Shown piece by piece: positions 51,548 to 64,000 of a stretch of 64,000 bases of DNA. Made by a program: the position numbers and the translations under genes. This DNA is from Octopus vulgaris (taxonomy: Eukaryota). Below the pieces are notes generated by a model. That model searched no databases and was not told the origin of the DNA. It saw nothing but the letters and a program-made list of their open reading frames with translations. The stretch is taken from positions 41,354,001-41,418,000 of the forward strand of contig OX597816.1 of the NCBI GenBank assembly GCA_951406725.2, written 5' to 3'. Each line of letters starts with the position of its first letter. Position 1 is the stretch's first letter.

Positions 51548-52316
51548 GTATATGTGTGTGTGGGTGTGCGTGTGTAATAATTTATATAAACAACCGAAAG
51601 CGTTACTAATAATTTCATGCTTTTATTATACTTGTACAGGCAGGATACAGTACTTTTGTTGATTCTACCTCTAATGGATGTTTAAACTATATGTAAATAT
51701 ATACACACACAGACACACACACATACATGCGTACATACGCAAGGGAAATAAGAGCATATGTAAATCTGTATATGAGTCTCTTTGATTTGTTCTGATGTAA
51801 CGGTTAGTTGTTAGGGTGATAAAAAATTCAATGAAGGAAACAGAGTATGGAGAGGTCTTCTCTTGGAATTCTGCAGAATTTTTAACATAGACTATCACAT
51901 ATGGTTAGAGAACTTCGGACACGCTGTTGTACAAGACGCTTGATTTTTGTGTATTTGTAATAACTAGTGCTAGCAGTAATATTTTTACTTCTATGGAATG
52001 AAGTATCGAATTGAAATCTTGATTTAACATAACGTAGAACAGTAGCAAAATTTTCAAAATCTTTCTGATGGCATTGTAGATATAATTTGAGCTGTAGGAT
52101 TGTTGCATTTAGTCTATAATAAATTCAGCAAAGGTATTATCTTTGATTTTCACTCACTAAGTCCCAGGTATAGAACTATTTAGATTTCAACTCATCTATG
52201 ACACAGTTACGTAAATTGCTAATACTGTGCATATGAGGTGCGTTTCAAAATAAATACGTAATTGTCAGCAAAATATGAACGCTATAACTTGTACATACAT
52301 TTCCATACCTTTGAAG

Positions 52317-52350
<34 letters not shown>

Positions 52351-52574
52351 CTGATATTGACAATACCGAATTATCACTTTCACCTACTTTCGCCTTTATA
52401 TTAATGATGTTTGCTCATCTCCGCATAGTTTAACTTCTAAATCGAAAACTGAAAAATGAATGGAATTGAAAGTTGTAAGTGATATATACACACCCATACA
52501 CACACATACACAAACATACACACACATGCACGCGCCCACACACGCACACACACACAAACACACATGTATATATC

Positions 52575-52945
52575 TTTGTATTTCGTGATGGTCGTATGTT
52601 TTTGCCAAATAAACACACGGACTATATATTAGTTCTTCACTGGTTTATTACTGTTCTCATTCTACCTCATGTCCATTGTCCATAAATCTTTCGTCACTCA
52701 TCTGTTACCTCTTAGTCCATTCTGGACTGAGCGCAAACACGAGGATGAACATTGTCGATGAAGTGGTCACAGATATGTGACGAAAAAGTTCCGGACAATG
52801 GACATGAGTTAGAATAAGAACAACAGTAATAAACGAGTGAAAAACGAACATATAGTGTGAATGTCTCTTTAGCAAAAGCAAAAATATGACCATCCGGAAA
52901 TAATTCAACACACGTTTTCACATGAGGAATCATGCAACTCAAATT
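52575..52945. mobile_element. Old inverted pair of PLE 3' ends related to the 14915-21664 element
   Basis: About 52578-52716 is a diverged reverse complement of 52760-52902; shares GTCAC-N6-GTGACGAAA and TATGACCAT..GAAATA..TTCAACACACG..TTCACAT with 21458-21635. Confidence 0.7.
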
Positions 52946-53014
52946 CATAAACGTATAGATAACATGGTATTGGTAGTTCGCTGAAAGCATTGTGTATTAT
53001 TTGTGAAATGTAAC

Positions 53015-53046
<32 letters not shown>

Positions 53047-53048
<2 letters not shown>

Positions 53049-53257
53049 CGGGAAGCATTATGAAAATAAACAAAAGACGAAGGCAGGTGGAATACAAACA
53101 AACAATTGTATTAGTATGGCGCTCAGGAATTTAAATAAAACAAGTCTTTTACGTTTCGAGCCTACGCTCTTCAACAGAAAGATACACAGAAAAGAAACAC
53201 GGAGAGAAACAAGGAGAGAAAAAAATGCGTGCCGAAGCTAGCGAATCAACATGGCGA
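53047..53257 (-). mobile_element. About 210-bp non-autonomous element with minimal HHR-like motif, in (TA)n
   Basis: Minus strand TCTTT-CTGTTGA-A-GAG-cgtagg-CTC-GAAACGTA-AAAGA (53145-53182); second copy at 29566-29726. Confidence 0.75.
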
Positions 53258-53569
53258 TATATATATATAATTAAGTTGGTTAGACACAATCCAAAACCAA
53301 AAAAGGAAATAAATCACCGACACTAAAAAGTGAGGAGGGAAGCATTGTATGGGACTGTACCAAGAATTATGCGGTTGTGAAGGAAGCCTCTTACCACACT
53401 GTCATTCCTGCACCTATGGAAACCCTCCTTATAAACAAGTTGAGCTAAGCTCATTGAGGCAGGCTATAAAGATATATGCTTAAGGAAGTTTGTTGTGTAA
53501 GACCGGGACAATGCAATAAGATACAAAGGAAACTACGAAAGAAAACAGAACAAAGTTGCAGTTTTACCT

Positions 53570-53890
53570 TATATTTCAATATTTCGGGGTGAATAAACTT
53601 TCTTCAGGAGATTTGGAAAAAGCGGTAGTTGGAAGACGTCGTCGCTAAGAAGTCTATGTGTCGGGAGACAGGGAAGAAAGGAGGAAGGTAACATGCGCAG
53701 ACCGGTATTGCTATATTGGGTGTTATGGGCTTTCTTATGTTGTTTAACCATATTCGTGTTTCGTGGTGAGGGGGGCAGTAATTTCGCTGCATATAGCGGA
53801 TAGCCGTTGTGCGCTAAGTTCTTGAGGAACCACTTGGCGTTTATGGTCTCATTCTATATGTATGCTGCTTTATACAGGGTAGCGACACAC
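53570..53890 (-). pseudogene. Possible PLE RT-thumb remnant
   Basis: Minus frame VATLYKAAYI*NETINAKWFLKNLAHNGYP contains the LxxNGYP motif typical of PLE thumb domains; otherwise unrecognisable. Confidence 0.35.
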
Positions 53891-54889
53891 GTATAAAAGA
53901 TAGACGCAGCGAAGTAACCGACAAACCTACACATATCGTATTTAATCCTTACCAGCGAAGCTCCGATTCCCTATTCAATTAGCTAGGCCCTAATCCTTTA
54001 TATGAATGTATTATGAATATGAATACTGACTGCTGTTATCGTTTAGTAAGGATTTTCTTAATTCTTCGATCATAGAATTGCCAAATACTATTATCTTTTA
54101 CTTTGGATGCACCTTAATTCTTCGAAACACTGGTAATTAATATTATACTCGTTTAAGCTTATTCCTTAATACTTTTTCTCCGATGACGGAATAGTTAGCA
54201 TTCCTGGTAATCTTTACTCAGTAACATGCCCAACGTTCTAAGCTATTTTGGAAACACTTCATAATTCCTTCTTTAATATACGCGTCGCTTCATAATTCCT
54301 TATTTAATATAACTTATCTGCACTATGTTTGAATTATAAATTAAATGCTCTAAAGAGATACCACACGCTTTTTCTTGTTCATTCCCACTTTCTAATATAA
54401 ATATATCTTATTAAATACCTCGAGATTACGTTATTCGTTTCATTATATTTCTACTCTATGTAAGTTGGACTTGTCAAAAATCAATAAGAATCTTCTAGCA
54501 AATTGTCTTCCCTGAAAATCCAATTCTCATCTATGTACGCTGGGGCTTACTATCAATAAACAAATGCTATAAGGCCGGTGCACTTATTTGACCGGGGCAC
54601 TATAATGCTGCTGAGGCGTCCCTGTATACATATACACATGCATTTAAAATATTTATGTATGCATGAATTCATGAACGAATCTCTTGTTGGTTGTGTACGT
54701 GCCGTATGTGTATGTAACTTCGTGTTGTGAATATTGAAAGACACACTCTGTCCTATAATCATATGCACATTTCAACCGAAGGAATCTCTGCACTCATTTT
54801 ATTTTTTTTCCCGCAAACCATAACCTTTCACGAGCCCGCTTCTTTGCTGTGAAACCTCTCATATAACCCTCAATATTGCACACATTCTA

Positions 54890-55105
54890 AGGCGGTGAGC
54901 CGGCAGAAACGCTAGTACGCCGGGTGGAATGCTCTGAGGTATTTCGTTTGTCATTTCGTTTTGGGTTTAAATTCCGCCGAGGTCGACTTTGCCTTTCATC
55001 CATTCGGGGTCAATAAATTAAGTACCAGTTGCGTACTGGGTCGATCTAATCAACTGGCTCCCTCCCCCAAAATTGTGGACCTTGTGCCTAGAGTAGAAAA
55101 GAATA
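54890..55105 (+). mobile_element. SINE family A, monomer (other decayed copies at about 43380-43585, 44420-44625, 59420-59595)
   Basis: GGCGGTGAGCCGGCAGAAACG head; GCCTTTCATCCATTCGGGGTC core. Confidence 0.85.
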
Positions 55106-55986
55106 TTGCACAAATTCTCTGACTCAGTTTTAGAAATTCCGTAGCCAAATCCACATTTAGTAGAAATGTATCAATGAAAGTGATAGAAGTACATTTTGAC
55201 TTTAGTACCTTTTTTATTAGTGTTAGTAAGGAAGGTATAACTTGTTTCTTATTTTCTGGAAGGTGGAAAACATCACAAAGATACGTTAAAAGAAACAAAA
55301 ACGAAGCATTGCTCCGTTAATTTATGAGTGGAACCCCGTTTCTTGCAGATTCCTTCTCCAAAGAGTAAATATTAGTATCAAATTTGGCACAAAGCCAGCA
55401 ATTTCGCGGAAAGGGGTAAGTCGATTAAATCGATTCAAATACTAAACTAGTATTTATTTTATCGATCTCGAAAGAGAATGCAGAACTCAGCGGTCACGCT
55501 GAAACCAATTGCTTATCATCTAGTCTGTAGCCTTCTCCTAAAACATTTACAAAAGTGATGTTGGAGCTGTTGGCATCTTTTTTCTGTTACAACAAAACAA
55601 GTTTTGGCTCGAATTTAAGGTATTGCTGCTCTCCAGTAACATAACGGTTTTTTTTACGTCACCATTTCATATACCTTAATGATATCAAACGTAAATACAA
55701 TTGAATGAGTTACCCGCAAACGAAATGTTTCATTTTCGGGAGTTTTGCACGACAGATTAGGAGAGAGGGATTTTCTACAGAGGAAATGGCAACCAGTATC
55801 AAAATTGCTTCAGAACATTAGCAAAGAATTGTACAAGACTTACAGTGGATGCAGCTTGCGTTGTCCATTGGTTGTCATGCAGCGAGTAATCGTGGGGTTT
55901 CCTATAGTGGAAATTAAGATTGTAGAATACAGTGACTTAGTACGATAGAAGTGTTTCCTCAACAGACATGTGGTAATGTACACACA

Positions 55987-56081
<95 letters not shown>

Positions 56082-56349
56082 GTATGTAGGTATGTATGCA
56101 TGCGTTTTGATACATACATACATACATACATACGTACATATACATAATTTTTTAAGTAATATACATATACAAACATATGTTTATATTTTTCTCTGTACGT
56201 ATCTACATGCGCACACATACATATAAATATAGATTTTACACTAAAGCATATTTTCTGTCCCCCGTTGCGAAGGAACGTACGTAAATAACTCAGAAAACAC
56301 GTTTCGGCGTATGAATATATTCTTGCCTGTTAAGAACTGCAATGTTAAT

Positions 56350-56394
<45 letters not shown>

Positions 56395-56961
56395 AACACA
56401 CACACACAAATATATATATATACATGGACACACGGACAGAAGCACACACGTAGGTGTATATGTATTTGTGACGAATTGAATAAACACAGAAGACATTGAA
56501 AGGGCAGATGGCTGCGAGGAATACATATAAAATATAAATGCAAATACGATCAACGCTTTGGAGCATTTCGCCATTATGCTTAAAGATAATGCTAAATGAT
56601 TCTTGGTTGCATGCAGATAGATAAATAATTTAGAGTATATAAATATAGCAAATGTTAACGTCGAGTAAAACTAGATTATGCCTATACCTGAAGGTAATTA
56701 TTAAAAATGTCATATATCTTTGAGAAATAGTGGAATACAATATTAAGGGATGTTTATGTGCTGAGAACATAGATAAACACCGACGAAAATAGATGTACAC
56801 AATTCACAGCATTCTTTTTATAGAAGTAAAAATTTTCACTGAGAATACTAGAAAGAATTCATACGCGTATTAGTAGAAGGCACTGAAAGTGACTCATAGA
56901 TACTGAATATAAATATATATATGTATAAGGGTGGAAAGGAACACACGAGTTGATATATATG

Positions 56962-57385
56962 AAAAAACAAGTCAAAAATAGAAAATGCTAAGATCATTTT
57001 ATAGTGAATCTTTCAGTACCGGTTTCGGTCATTTTGAGACCTTTTCAACTGTAACGATTAAATAATTAAATTTAGAAAAATTAGAAGAAAAGTTTTTTTA
57101 AAAGAATATTTCTATAGTAGTGTTCAGATATAAGTAGCATTCTGCCTTTCTCTGACTCCCTTGTTTGCACTTGTGCACACAAGTGCAAACAAGGGAGTCA
57201 CAGAAAGGCAGAATGCTACTTATATCTGAACACTACTATAGAAATATTCTTTTAAAAAAACTTTTCTTCTAATTTTTCTAAATTTAATTATTTAATCGTT
57301 ACAGTTGAAAAGGTCTCAAAATGACCGAAACCGGTACTGAAAGATTCACTATAAAATGATCTTAGCATTTTCTATTTTTGACTTG

Positions 57386-57391
<6 letters not shown>
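56962..57391. mobile_element. Near-perfect 430-bp palindrome (214-bp arms, 2-nt loop) of a PLE-type 3' end
   Basis: 56962-57175 is the reverse complement of 57178-57391 (one mismatch seen); flanked by TA repeats. Confidence 0.9.
57302..57339 (+). ncRNA. Minimal type-I hammerhead motif with U3-A8 core (mirror at about 57014-57051, minus)
   Basis: CAG-TTGAAAA-GGTC-tcaaaat-GACC-GAAA-CCGG-TA-CTG. Confidence 0.7.
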
Positions 57392-57450
<59 letters not shown>

Positions 57451-59869
57451 CGAGGAGGCGTTTATATGTTCATTGCTTTAAGTAAATGAAAATGCAAGTG
57501 GATCAGTTAATTATGATTTTATTCAACATATACCCCTCTCACATTCACACACGTATTTCAGCGTCCCTTCAGCTTTCTAATCCCAGTAATAGAACTCAGA
57601 AAGTTGGGCCTCGAGCCAAGCCTTTCGCGATACACTTTAAGGAACTTTTCATCACCCTCTCGTATATATATCAATATATAATTTACACCAAGGGAAGATG
57701 AAAGAGCTAAATCCACTCAATCTGATAAGCTATGTGACTTATTCGTGGCCTATTTGGAGACACTGAGGTGTGTGTATATGTGTGTGTGGCGCTTTTAACT
57801 GTTTAAACTCGAAGTTGTTAAGTTCTTCATTTACCAGATTATTCTATGTGTAAATCTTTAACTGTCAAATAAGTGCCGCAATGATGTACGGATTTCTAAT
57901 GAAAAAAAGTTTAAGAAGATTGGTTCCCGACCACATGGTTCCGAGTTCAGTCCTATTGCGTATCACTTTGGGGTCGATTTCTTTGACAAAAAAACCCTAT
58001 ACGGCTGTGCTGCATTATGGCCGCATTCAAGTGACTGAAACTAATAAAAGGGTAAAAGCGTAAAAGAGTATATTCCCGATCCTGTATTACAAGCCTGTAA
58101 TTCCGAAGTGTAATGTTTGTCCGCTTCTAGTGAAGTGCTAAGTATTTTTTTTTTCTAGAATATACATTGTATATAAATCTGAGAAGAATTCATCCTATCA
58201 ATTAGCCAAAATAATCAAAGGATTTACCTATCAAATTTTCTCTTTATAAAAAGAGCACATTTTATTGGGTTTAAATATAGAGAAAGAAGAAAGAGGAGAT
58301 ATAAGAAAGAAGATGTAAGAGAAGTAAAAAAGAAAAAAATGTGTGTCGGGTATGTGGGAAAAGCTCCAGAAGATGGATGGGGCGATGACCACATACAGGG
58401 AAACAAATAGTGTGCTCAGCCGCGCCCTGAGGTAAACACACAGATGACGTTGCCGCGGAGAATGGCCAGCGACAGTCGGTAAAGTAGCCACTCCACCAAA
58501 ATTTGAAACCCTTGTTCTTTTTATGTGTAATGCGGCGAACAGGAAGAATCATTAGCACGCTAGGCAAAATGCTTAGTGGCATTTCATCTACCTTTACGTT
58601 CCGAGTTCAAATTGATGAAATATGTACGCGCTGTTGTTGATGAATATCGATGGGAGTTCAGAAATAAGAGTCTTAACAAATTATTAGGTTTCCAACATAA
58701 AATCTATTTGCCAAGCAACACTATTTACAGATTCAGGACACTGCTTTGTCCTTCATATTCACTATTGTGTTATATATACATATATATTCGTCTGTGAGTG
58801 ATTACGTGTAGAACATGCTCGAAGTATAAAGCATTGAATACTCTATTCAGAAGGTCAAGACTTTTCTGGATATAGAATAGAAGCAGTTTTCCAACCGATT
58901 ACATTCCCCACAAAATTTCCTAAAAATAGTATGAGGGACGGTCTATAATTGTGTAACAGTTATTAATACTTAATAATTAATTTGCATTTACAACTCAAAT
59001 GTATAGACCTTGTAATGAAACAGGGAGATACTGAGATCGAATCTTATCGTCTTCGTAAACAGAATCGTAATACGTTAATGCACAACAGTTATGACTAAAT
59101 TATAGTAGTATCAAATATCGGTCATTTAACCAGGCACAACCTACCATCAAAAATAGCTTGTAATAATTTTGAGAGGAAATTATTCTTGGAGTCAAAATAT
59201 AATATTCACTCATAATGGAACAATGGTATGGTAACATAATATCGATTTTGTTCAGTCCACTGCTATAACGTTTATAGAAGTTTTATCCATTATCATGATT
59301 ATCCTTCTTGAATATTTATTCTTCGCAAATACCATAGCATCAATCAGCGGATCAGGTATATGGACATAATATTCATGAAACAATTATAAAATTGTTTACA
59401 AATTTTTGCACATGACGAACAGTTTCGAAGGTGGTAGTCGTTTACGTCGAACCCAGTGTTCAATTGGTACTTATTTTATCAACCGAGAAATGAAGAAATG
59501 CAGAGTCAGTCCTGAGAGCATTCGAACACAGGACATATAGACGGACGAAATATTGCTTATAATTTTGCCCAGCGCGCTAACGATTCTGCCACCTTCAGGA
59601 AGTAAAACATTGTAAATTTCTATATTTACAAAATTGCGGAACCTTCTTATTGTTTCTAAAACAATTATAATAGAAAGCAATATGTACAAATCTTAATCTT
59701 ACAAAAACTGTTATTCACTTGATGTTTACTTCTATCTCCATATTTACGTTTAATCTGTTTTTTTTATTCTGTTTTTGAAAAACCGCACAAGAAGTTCCCC
59801 GTAAGAGATGGTGATTCATTCTTTCTAATGTAGTTGTTGAACAGGCAAAAGTTAGGAATAAAGGAAGAC

Positions 59870-60319
59870 CTGTCCACATCTAATATCCATGTCGGAATCG
59901 ACGAGGCTTGGGCAGCTTTAAATAAATTATCAGCGTTCTGGAAATGTAAGCTTCCGTTCAATACGAAATGTAGCTTCCTTCAGGTGGTTGTGCAGTCAAT
60001 TCTCTTATATGGATGTACATGAGGAACTCTAACGAAGCGTCATGAAAACAAAATTGAGGCAACTTATACGAGAAAGATTCCAGCTGCTTTGGACAACTAC
60101 TGAAGACAATACCCTTCGAGAGAACATCTGTATGGTCATCAGCACAAGAAGATCATAAACATGATCATAGACATTGCTGGAGACCAGAGGATAAGATCAT
60201 CGAACCTAAATAAACTGTGCGAGAAATTCGATTGCACCCAAGAAGACCTGTCACATGCAATGGTGGGCCGAACAGCCAAGTGAAGACGAGTGATGGATAT
60301 CTGTGAAATGAGCATGACC

Positions 60320-60355
<36 letters not shown>

Positions 60356-60374
60356 CGACGATGACGATGACGAC

Positions 60375-60439
<65 letters not shown>

Positions 60440-60516
60440 GGAGGAGGAGGATGATGGTGATGATGATGGTGATGATGATGATGATGATGATAATGATGAT
60501 GATGATGATGATGATG
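59870..60516 (+). mobile_element. RTE-like LINE 3' fragment with expanded (GAT)n tail
   Basis: AWAALNKLSAFWK..TKCSFLQVVVQSILLYGCT*..TLTK..KIEATYTR..LYGH matches post-RT LINE sequence; (GAT)n at 60321-60516. Confidence 0.8.
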
Positions 60517-61611
60517 AATAAATATCCTAAACCTGAGCATCTTTTTAAAAAATCACATCCGCTTTGGTGTTTTAAATATTTAGGGCTTGTAATTATTTTT
60601 TGCATTGATTTGTGTGAACTATTTTATTCTTATTGGAGCTCCTGATGATGCTGTTCAATATCTGACAGCATGGTGATAGTAAAGCATAAGCATTTTGCTG
60701 TTTATGATTGTTGCTTACTATAGTTAGTGTGATCAATAGGACATTTACCTGGAACTTCTAGCAGAACGTGAAACCATAGTGTTTACATCATGGAGTAATA
60801 CAATAAACTATTGTTCAATTTCCTATATGATGTCAGTTATAATGCTTCATCACGCATTATTTTAAAGTAAATTTCAGTTATTGCTTCAACAGCACCATTC
60901 ATATAGAAATCAAAATAATTTTATTTCTAGTAGTAAATATCGGAGAGTGCTAAATATCTCAACCTACTTTTTCAATATCTCTTAGGTTTTAAGCAGTTTT
61001 AAGCAGATTTTAGTTTAAAATCCATGTGTTGTTGTTGAACTGTTTTGCGTTCATGCAAAGTATTAAATAAGTTACCTTTAAAAAAAAATCACTTAAATTG
61101 TTTGTGTTAGTTGTGGTTTACGTTCATACACACTCGCACGAACGTGCGCATATATACGATGTATGTATGTATGTATGTATGTATGTATGTATGTATGTAT
61201 GTATGTATGTATGTATGTATGTATGCATGTATGTATATATATGACTTTATATGATATTCTGTTTCAGTGTTAATTAAGTGGAATATAGCGATTGGAGAAA
61301 TATTACATTTCTTGCGAGACTTCAATCTTACAGTTAATACATACTAAGGTGATTCTACGGTGATTATGGATTCAGATATAGATAAGCATTATATAAGCTT
61401 ACTGACGTTTGGAATTAAATTATTTGAATTCACCGGTACTTGTTTGGAATAAAATTTCATATGGATATTTAGTAAAAGCTAATTTTGTTGCATCTAAATT
61501 AAAATTAATGCATAAAAGAATTACTCTTGTATTACAAAATTGAAGGAATTACCATTAAAATTTAAAATGTCCTTCAGTAACTACTATAACACTTGCCTTT
61601 TAATTTTTGTA

Positions 61612-61962
61612 ATTTAATTTAATTTTTTTGGCTCAAAAAACAAAAGCAAGGCCATGTAGGGGGACATGGAGTTATGTACAGGGAGGGTGTTCATACAAAG
61701 AGTTCAGGCCATTTCTGGTCAAGAGAAACTTTGAACCGAGCGGCCGTCGGCATCTTCACTATCTCGTCCGGCAGCTTATTCCACGGATCCGAAACCCGGA
61801 CGGAGAAAGACCCTCTCCTTCGATTGAGATGAAATCGTCGTAGATAGAGCTTTTCGGAGTGACCCCGCAGCCCACGCTCTTGAGCAGGAGTGAAGAACAG
61901 CTCTTTCGAGAGGTTACACTTTCCACTTATGATGTTGTCAGCGAGAATGATGTTGCCGCCGA
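61612..61962 (-). mobile_element. CR1-group LINE 3' end
   Basis: Minus frame LFFTPAQERGLRGHSEKLYLRRFHLNRRRGSFSVRVSDPWNKLPDEIV..FKVSLDQKW*, then short UTR and (AAATT)n tail. Confidence 0.85.
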
Positions 61963-62777
61963 TGTACGGAAACGTTCGTTAAATCTTAGATGAGAGTCGA
62001 TTCCACGCTTTGCAATTAAAAGCCCAAATGAAATAAGCTAAAAAATTAAAAGTAGTATTACGAAGGTGAGTTTGGGTCTCTATTATATTGCTAACACATT
62101 AGAAATTATGTACTATCACATTATTAGCCACAGGACAGATATTTCCCCAGGGATTATAAATTTTTCCAGATCACTGGAACCTATATTCATGTAGCTTGTG
62201 TTCGAATCTGTATCACTGAAATATCCCTTTAAAAATGAATTTCATTTTATCGATATTTCATCGGAAGGTTTGTATTACGATTTTGCAATACGAATCTTGC
62301 AACGAAATTATATATTTCTAATTGATAAGCATTCACCACTATAAATGCATTTAATTATGCACGTGCCCATTGTTCGTATATACATTTTATATTTCTCTTG
62401 CTATAATTTATCCATTCAGCCATCAGTAATTGCTCTTCACAATATTGTTTTTTTACCAACGGGCGATTACGTAATGTTCTTACATTAGCTCCATTTCCTT
62501 TTGAAAATGTTACGCTTTTCAGTTATTTTCCACAATGATATATTATGAATTGATTCCCTTGTTCAACTTGCACAATCAAAGATGGGTAACTAAAACCTAT
62601 ACAGAAAGAAAAGCACTTGTTGAGCTTCTGTACCAAAACAAGAAACAAATTATCTCTACATTCAGAATTCAGTTCTCGCTTTATCCTCTTTTGTTTACAC
62701 TACTCTTTTCAAAGACGCATATTTCTGAATGCAAACACACGCATCCACGCATGTATACACATATATGTATGTATGTT

Positions 62778-63180
62778 AGGCGGCGAGCTGGTAGAAACTT
62801 TAGCACGCCGGGCGAAATCCGTAGCTGTATTTCGTCTGTCGTTACGTTCTGAGTTCAAATTCCGCCGAGGTCGATTTGCCTTGCATCCTTTCGGGGTGGA
62901 TTAAATAAGTACCAGTTACGCACTGGGGTCGATATAATCGACTTAATGCAAGTGTCTGTCCTTGTTTGTCCTCTCTCTGTTTAGCCCCTTGTGGCTAGTA
63001 AAGAATAGGTATTTCGTCTGCCGTTACGTTCTGAGTTCAAATTCTGCCGAGGTTGACTTTGCCTATCATCCGTTCGGGGTCGATAAAATAAGTACCACTG
63101 AGGTCGATGTAATCGACTTATTCCGTTTGTCTGTCCTTGTTTGTCTCCTCTATGTTTAGCCCCTTGTGGGTAATAAAGAA
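62778..63180 (+). mobile_element. SINE family A, dimeric form (tRNA-like head, Nin-domain-like core)
   Basis: Head GGCGGCGAGCTGGTAG..GAGTTCAAATTCC; core GCCTTGCATCCTTTCGGGG..AAGTACC; body repeated from about 63010. Confidence 0.85.
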
Positions 63181-63264
63181 TTATATATGTATGTGTATAT
63201 GTATGTATTAATGTATATATGTATAAGTGTGTGTTTGTATGCGCGCATGTAGGGGTGAGTGTGT

Positions 63265-63310
<46 letters not shown>

Positions 63311-63884
63311 CTGAATACGCTTGAAGTGATCGGTGTATTTGCATGACGAAATAGAGTGAATTGCTTTTTTTACGGGTTAGAATATGACTGAAGCATATTT
63401 GAAATCGTAACAGGTTTGTATTTATGCACATCACTGCTTAACACTGCCAGCCACATAGTTATTCTCTTGGCGAGCTGCTGAATAGCTAATTTATTCATCT
63501 AACGATGACAGGAATACCATAGCTAGGGATGTGTCTCTCGTGTCAGTTAGTAGCGTCTGATTTCCACCTCTCTGTTGTTGAAGGGGAGATAACCACTCCG
63601 AAGTTGATGCATTCAACAAACTTATTAGGGCGCGAACCTATTTAACTACAACGAGAAAATTTCCCCTTTACAAAATACACGGCTTTCTTACGGATTCGAA
63701 TATGCCTTAAGAATATTTGCACTGGCAACAGTTTTTGCACTTGTACACATCACTTATTACCAGTCATTCCGTGTATATATATACACACACACACATATAT
63801 CTATATATATATAACTCAACTTGTGTGTCTGTGTGTGTATCTGTGTGTGTGTCTATATGTTTAACTTCCCGGCACATCTCCTCC

Positions 63885-63915
<31 letters not shown>

Positions 63916-64000
63916 TTGATAAGCGGTTATGTTAACCGCATGAAGGGTTGGCATCATCCAATAAAATACTGGTCTAATACCTAGTATTCTGGGAAAATTA

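Noticed and set aside
60139-60645. Poly-His, poly-Ile and poly-Met ORFs
   Set aside because: Translations of the (GAT)n LINE tail.

Overview
AT-rich, microsatellite-saturated eukaryotic DNA with no confidently identifiable host gene. The (TA)n/(CA)n/(TATG)n density and tRNA-derived SINE set look cephalopod (Octopus-like); this is an inference. The window is dominated by Penelope-like retroelements (PLEs). The centrepiece is a very recent 6.7-kb insertion (14915-21664) made of two head-to-head copies encoding RT + C-terminal GIY-YIG, with near-identical 2.3-kb inverted arms. Around it are about 10 shorter elements with the same build: 3' ends pointing outward, often into (TA)n arrays, as inverted and/or partial-tandem repeats. 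Most carry hammerhead-ribozyme (HHR) or HHR-like motifs. The best of these is a 422-nt tandem unit with two canonical type-I HHRs (48138-49257, retrozyme-like). Others include a tRNA-headed HHR element (24724-25264) and several families with a compensated U3-A8 core. Also present: mariner, Helitron, RTE- and CR1-LINE remnants, and at least four SINE families. All alignments, folds and boundaries were read by eye; boundaries of degenerate repeats are approximate.
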